A stretch of 41,848 bases of DNA. It comes from Spirogloea muscicola (lineage: Eukaryota). The position numbers were made by a program, and so were the translations under genes. Every line of letters starts with the position of its first letter. The first letter of the stretch is position 1. This document shows, piece by piece, positions 36,221-41,848 of the stretch. Location: positions 845,888 to 887,735 of the forward strand of contig WELB01000019.1 of assembly GCA_009602725.1 (NCBI GenBank), in the 5' to 3' direction. The notes under the pieces are model-generated. The model made no database searches and was not told where the DNA came from. It saw only the letters and a program-made list of their open reading frames with translations.

Positions 36221-37871
36221 TCACAATCTCGGCTGTAGCCGCGCCAGGAGGTCCTCGGCCTTTATGTATGCACCCCACCAGCCGAGTGCGACATACTTCG
36301 CAGCCCGCCACCTGCAATTAACAGGCCCACATTGCTCTGGTGGCCTGCCGACTGGCAGAACCTGGCATGTCGACTCCTTCACGCTGCAGGGGAGTTGATT
36401 TGAACCTCCCAACTAAGGCTTGGCCTTAAGCGAGTCAGGGGCTTTGCATGTGGTCTCAGCATATTTGCCACTGCCAGCGGTGTGGTTGATATGTGGTGGC
36501 TTTAAGGCAAGCTAAGGTGAGCATCCCATGAGAAGGCTGGCTACAAATCTGACTACTGCATTAAGACGGTATTAGTCGTAATGGACAAAGGAAAATTTCA
36601 GCTGAAAGCAGAATGAGAGACCTACCATGGCTTGTAGGGGAGTGCTTGGCAGTGGAGGTGCAAGTGCGGCACGCTATTGAATGGCGGTCGATGGAAGCCT
36701 AGCCTGGGTCAAGCGCTTGCAAAGCTCAGTGGGCTTGCAATTTCACACTACACGGGCTAGAAGTCTGGTCTTTTATGTCCAGATACACCATATATTTCGG
36801 TGCCCAGGAATTAGAATTGGGTATGGTGGTACTTAGTGGCACACAAGCTCGCCATCAAATGCCATCATGTGCAAGTAGCCGGTAATCTTGCCACTGGCTG
36901 CAGCAATTTTGGGGGAGGCTCCGGCATGCCTGAAGCTCGTCGCGCTCTGGGCGTCACGTCGGAGAAGTGACCGCCCCACCTTCACCATCTCCGCTACTGC
37001 AAGCGGCACTCCCTGCACATTCGGCTCAGGCCATCCAAGTTGCAAGATTTGACTGGTCTTACCAGAAGGGGCCAATAATGTATGACTGACCAAGCGCATG
37101 GTGCTCGGCGCCCTGTTGCAGCTGTGTGATGTCCTTGACGTGTGTGAGGGGCACGACCAAGTAGTGCCTGGCCGCAGAGCAGTCGCGCAACACTTAGGGA
37201 GGTAAGTCTGGGATACGTAACAAAACTTGCTCGTCAAGAACTGCTCTGCGGCCTAATGGTCAACAACAAGGCAAAAGGGTCTGCATCCTATCAAGGGTCG
37301 GAGATCGGGGCATGCTGTCTTGGCTAGCACAGGAAGCCATGCAGCTCCTCTGAGCAGTGTACTAAGGCCTCGATGTCTTGACTATGAAGAAGGCCAAGCT
37401 GCGCGAGGGTGGCAGTTGGCCTATACAGCGTGCAGGAGCGGCAGAGCTCAAAAGTTGCGGCACGACTATATGATTGGTAATGGGTCCTGAGCGAAGGCCG
37501 CACCTGAGAGCAGCAGGCTTGTGATCCTCGAATGCTGCCACCCGCTCGTTCTGCGTGAAAGCGCAGTGACCCACAAAGCCAGTGAGCCTAAGCGTGGACG
37601 TGTGTCACTGGCGGGCTTGAGCCCCAATGGGCTTGTCATCGCTAGCTGGCCGTGTCTCAGCAAACTTGCGGCGGTGGTGCCCACAGACAATGCCAGCAAA
37701 GTCGTCATACGACGCGTATGTTATCGAGTCAGACCAGGCCACTCGCTGTGCCCGTGGGCTCTGGCCACGCCGCACCTGGAAGAGAATGCGAGGAGTGCAG
37801 CCCTCGCCGTGGCCCTCCACGATGCGACAGAAAGGGCAACTGGGTTGGCGCAGGTTGTGGCGCTCGCCCAT
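36221..37871 (-). CDS. HINT4: HIT-family nucleotide hydrolase, HINT4/HINT3-like; 6 exons
   Basis: CPFCRIV, VAAFEDHKPAALRHYLVVPLTHV, GFHRPPFNSVPHLHLHC (HIT motif), WRAAKYVALG..GAYIKAEDLL. Confidence 0.88.
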
Positions 37872-37934
37872 ACCACGCAGTGTGGCGAGTGCCCCTGCTG
37901 GTGCAAGGTGCACCTGACCTAAACTCCTGTCCGC

Positions 37935-38345
37935 CCTCGTGTTACTGAGCGGGTCAGCTTAGCAGCAGTTGCTGAACGTCTGTCAATGTGCTTGCCTTGT
38001 ACTTGGCACTCAGGTCCCTTATCACTCAACACACTCCATGTCTTGTCCTCCCCGCGATCATGCTGCACGAGCTAATGCTCAGTCCTTAGGCCGCGCTATG
38101 GCTGCTGCCTCTGGGTCTCGGCGGAGTGCCTCTTGCCGAGCTGTGAGTTACTCGGACTTGATGCTGCTCACTCGTGGGTACTGAGCTTCTATCTGCGGTC
38201 TTCTAGTGTGTAGCTGGGGTGGTTTATCTTCTCGGCAACTTCTGGCTCTTTCTTCTCGGCAACTTTTGGCTCCTTTGGCCCTTGTCCTTTCTTTTTGGGC
38301 TGGCCTTTCCCAGCCCCTTCCCTCTATGGGCGAGTAATTTCTCTT
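37935..38345 (+). mobile_element. Tandem RLE retrotransposon 3' fragments (UTR1 copy then UTR2 copy)
   Basis: Colinear with 70-425; ORF end GRAMAAASGSRRSAS...SDLMLLTRGY*; terminus tatgggcgag. Confidence 0.75.
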
Positions 38346-39186
38346 ATGAGGCCCTTAGTAGTGCTGAAGCAATTTCAACCATACCCCTACCATGATGACC
38401 TTGGATAGCATTCCCGGTTGCTCAAATTTCACTAGTACCAAATTGCTCAATGCACGATTCAACAACATTTGTCTCGCTCAGTGCAAGTCAATCAGTGGAC
38501 AATGAGCTTCAGCTTATCCATGCATCGTTTTATAGACCTCCTGCATCGACGCCCTCATTCGAAGTTGCGGTGCAGCGCCTACTGCTTCCGCTTGGTAAAA
38601 GTCATGGAGAGTACTTCTGTGTTTTTTGCGCTCGCCCATTCAGACCTATTTCACTCATTTAGTCTAGCCTCTCACAGCCATGCCATTCATTAGAATATCT
38701 CTTTCTAGAAGCGTCTCCTCGTACTAGTAATCCATAAGAGAAGCCACAAGTCTTCTTCCCCAATGTTTCTCACCAGCAAAAAGCAAGGGCCAGTACCCTG
38801 GCATGTCTATCCCTGCCGACTTGGCATGGACTACATTGAGCTTTGGACTACATTTAGCTTTGTCAGAACGTCACTAACAAGTGCGCGTTTCAAGCGTTTG
38901 CGCTTCGAGAAGAGAGTCCAGCCCAAGCAGAGCGCACAGCTGACTTAATGGTACAACAAACCTACAATGAATCAATACCATCTGCGGTGTAAGAATAATG
39001 AGTGAGCAATGGCACGCTCGGCTGCCGCTACTGGCAATCTGTCAAACCACCCCGAGCTTAGGGCTGTCCGAGGCCCACGAATCAGCTTAAGCAAGTTTAA
39101 GTACTCATAATAAGTAACACCTAAAACCCCTTCCGTCACAGAGCCCCGAAAGAGCAGCAAACGTAGCAGACCAGACAAGCATTCCG

Positions 39187-41584
39187 CTACCAAGGAATCT
39201 CCTGGCCGTCCCAAGCAAAGAATCTGCCGCTGTCAGCGAGCTTAAGCCCGTCAACAATGCCTAGGAGGCGCTCGACCGAGTATGTGGGCGTGAAAAGCTT
39301 GCCCTCTGGAACGTTGCGCTGGAATGGCTTTGACAGGCCGGTGTTTACCGTGCCGGGGTGCAGTAGCACGAGGATGATGGGCTCGCGGCGCCGCGCAATC
39401 TCCACTGCCGCCGTTTTTGTCACTGCGAAGTTGAGAGCAGGCAACGCTGAGCGGGTGCAAGCTTGAGCAAGAGTACACCAATAGCTGAATAATCTTAGAC
39501 GTTCAATGCATGCCAACCAACATAGTGCCAATATTCTCTCATACTTAAGGGACAGCGAACGTACGCTGGTTGAGCGCTGTTTTGGATGCGCGGTAGGCGT
39601 ACCACCCGCCGAGGGCGTTATCGCGAATGGACCCCACCCTGGCGCTGAGGTTGGCAACAACTGCACCCGGTCGCCCCAGGCCCCGTCCACCGCCCGCCTT
39701 GAGCAGCTTGTGCATGTGCTACTCTTGCAGTATGACACAATGGTAGGGTAAGCTTCTTCTCGCCAACTAGCCACGGGCTGCGAGCTGCATATAAGTGAAC
39801 AAGGTGCAAGCCTGGCTAACTTACAGAAAGGTAGAATGTTTGGAAGAAAGAGGCGCATATTGATGAGCAGCAGGACAAGCTGTGCAGCGTGAATGACAAT
39901 GTACAGATATGCTTGACAACACAATTTGATATGACCCATGACTAGTCCATGCCTCCAGCTCAAGCGTTGTGATGACGGACCTTGAGGACGAGGATGGGGC
40001 CCATTGCATTGACCTGGTAGGTCAGCAAAAGCGCCTCGGGGTTGACCTTTCCCAAGGAAGTCTCTGTAAGGCCAATCAAGAAAGAGTCTAACTGCAAAAC
40101 AGGCATCGGCGCTCCTAACATGCGGGCCTGACTGCTGCTTCCAACTGGCAGCAATTGCCCAGCACACTACATATGACTTACTGCGGGTTCAGCACTTACG
40201 TTTCCTAATTTAGTAGGCACGTACATCAAATATAGCACAGCCTTAAGCACACTATTTTGGCATTCTGGCACGTTCTGGAGTAAGGCCCATGTGAGCTCCG
40301 CACGCTGCCTTCAGTGTGACATGTCTGCCATTCCTCCACGCAGTCAAGGCTCCTACTGCCATGGGCTCAACTTTAAGCTTTGCAAAACAGGAACGTGGGA
40401 CTGGCAAGGAGAGGCTTAGAGTGGAGGTTGGAGGTACACATCAGGGCCGAGGAGTGTTCCACTCCCTGTAGGGTTTGGGGTCAGGGGCTTGGATTTTGGG
40501 TTGCGCTCAAAGGTCGTGGGTTAGGAGTCGGGGGTGGAGGACACACCAGGTTGGACCTTCCCCGGGATGTGTAAAATGCCGGCGGTGTTGACAAGGAGGT
40601 CCAGGCGGCCATGCGCCTCCTCGACGCAGCTCGCCGCTGCCTGACGCGTGCGGCGCATCATCAGAGGAGCTCAAGGTACATCTCACTGATGATCTAAACA
40701 GTCTCTACTCACGGCGGCCGGTCACCGCAGTGCTGCTTTGCTGCCAGGCTTGGAGGGCAGCCTATTGAGATCAAGCAAGCTAGCCCAAGCGGTATCAAGC
40801 GGAGCTGGATTGGTTTGACAGCTTGGGGGTTCGAGGCTTAGGAGTTTGAGGCATACAGCCCAGAGGCGCCCTGATCAGGGGACCTCAGCCCTCTGACCTC
40901 TGGCCCCCACCGCAGCCAACCGTCGTAGCCAGCAGCAGCGAGAGGAGGAGAGAGGGGCTGGCTTAACACTAACCCTCAACTTACGTCAGAGTACCCCTGA
41001 ACCTAGATCCGGAACCCCAAAGCGCTATCAACCCTTAAAATTCTAAACCAACCCAAACCTGCAAACCTCAGACCCTAAAGCCTAATCTCAAGACCTAAAC
41101 ATAAACCCTGAGGCCAAACCCGAACCCCCTAAACCCCTAAAATTTCTAAACCCTAAAATCCAGACCCTTGACCCATGTACTCGAAACCCTCGACCCTGTA
41201 GAGCCTTTAACCCTTAACCCTAAAGCCTACACTCAAGGCGGCCTCCTCACCGCGATTGTGTCTTCGCGGGTGACGTCGAGCGGGAGCACCGTCAAGCGGC
41301 CGCCGCTGGCGTCGGCCAGCGCCCGCAGCTCCGGCGCGCCGCCGGGGTCGCGGCACGTCGCCACAACGTGGCCCGCCGGCCGCGCCGCCAGCAGCTGCCG
41401 GGCCTGCGGCGATGCCATTGCGGCGCCATCGGCAAGGGAGGCGGCCGCCGCTCGCCGCGGGGCTGCAACATTTCTGTGAGATGCAGGAAGGCGGCGGCGG
41501 CCATGGCGCTCACGAACTCGAGGCCGAGGCCGCGCGAGGCGCCCTGCACCAGCGACACGCCGCCGTCGCCGCCGCCGCCGCCAT
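39187..41584 (-). CDS. C-factor/CsgA-like short-chain dehydrogenase (At4g20760-like); 6 exons; no in-frame ATG
   Basis: GGVSLVQGASRGLGLEF, GRLDLLVNTAGILH, VNAMGPILVLK, NLSARVGSIRDNALGGWYAYRASKTALNQL (YxxxK), LHPGTVNTGLSKPFQRNVP, FFAWDGQEIPW*. Confidence 0.92.
40965..41230 (+). repeat. Degenerate telomere-like (CCCTAAA) tract in SDR intron 2
   Basis: Many aaaccctaaa/aacccttaa/gaccctaaa variants over ~260 bp; a shorter G-rich tract at ~40468-40535. Confidence 0.75.
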
Positions 41585-41606
41585 CGCCGCCGCCAGTGGC
41601 GGCTTG

Positions 41607-41848
41607 TCAGCCGGGGCCGACCTTGGGGATGTCGTAGTGCTCGCTGAGGTTGGCGAGGTACTTGTTGAACTCCTCGATCTTCTGGCGGTGCGACTTGGCG
41701 GCGTGCTTGGTGGCGCGCGCCGCCTCCAGCGCCGCCACCTGCTCGTGGTACCGCCGCTCCGCCGGCGTCCGGTGGTCCTCCGCCGCCGCCGCCGACGTGG
41801 GCGACGCCAGCTCCTGGCCGCCGCCGCCTCCGCCGCCGCCGCCGTCGG
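41607..41848 (-). CDS. FAM32A: FAM32A (DUF1754) family protein, 3' part
   Basis: [14 protein letters not shown]...[29 protein letters not shown] is the conserved FAM32A C-terminus; 5' end lies beyond the window. Confidence 0.92.
   Translation of the reverse strand, partial: DGGGGGGGGGQELASPTSAAAAEDHRTPAERRYHEQVAALEAARATKHAAKSHRQKIEEFNKYLANLSEHYDIPKVGPG

Overview
Eukaryotic nuclear DNA, GC-rich and intron-rich. The plant-like proteins and TTTAGGG-type repeats suggest a streptophyte green alga (inference). Host genes: a GPR155/LYCHOS-like PIN-transporter/GPCR hybrid (+), a double Tudor-like protein (-), an LCAT/PLA2G15-family lipase (-), a CIR_N/zinc-knuckle protein (+), chloroplast CtpA-family protease CTPA3 (-), an uncharacterised protein ending in a PP1-docking-like motif (+), HINT4 (-), a C-factor-like SDR (-) and the 3' part of FAM32A (-). 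Mobile DNA: an internally deleted PIF/Harbinger with a related MITE, a tail-to-tail fold-back of two pogo/Tigger copies, and many clustered 5'-truncated 3' ends of RLE (CRE-like) non-LTR retrotransposons. Most notable: FAM32A and the SDR are in frame and separated by a single TGA with no in-frame ATG; the DEP-less LYCHOS homologue; the ~2.4 kb pogo fold-back; and frequent GC-AG introns. Single 'n' bases and apparent frameshifts indicate assembly gaps or errors. All homology calls are from remembered motifs, not database searches, and exon boundaries were read by eye.
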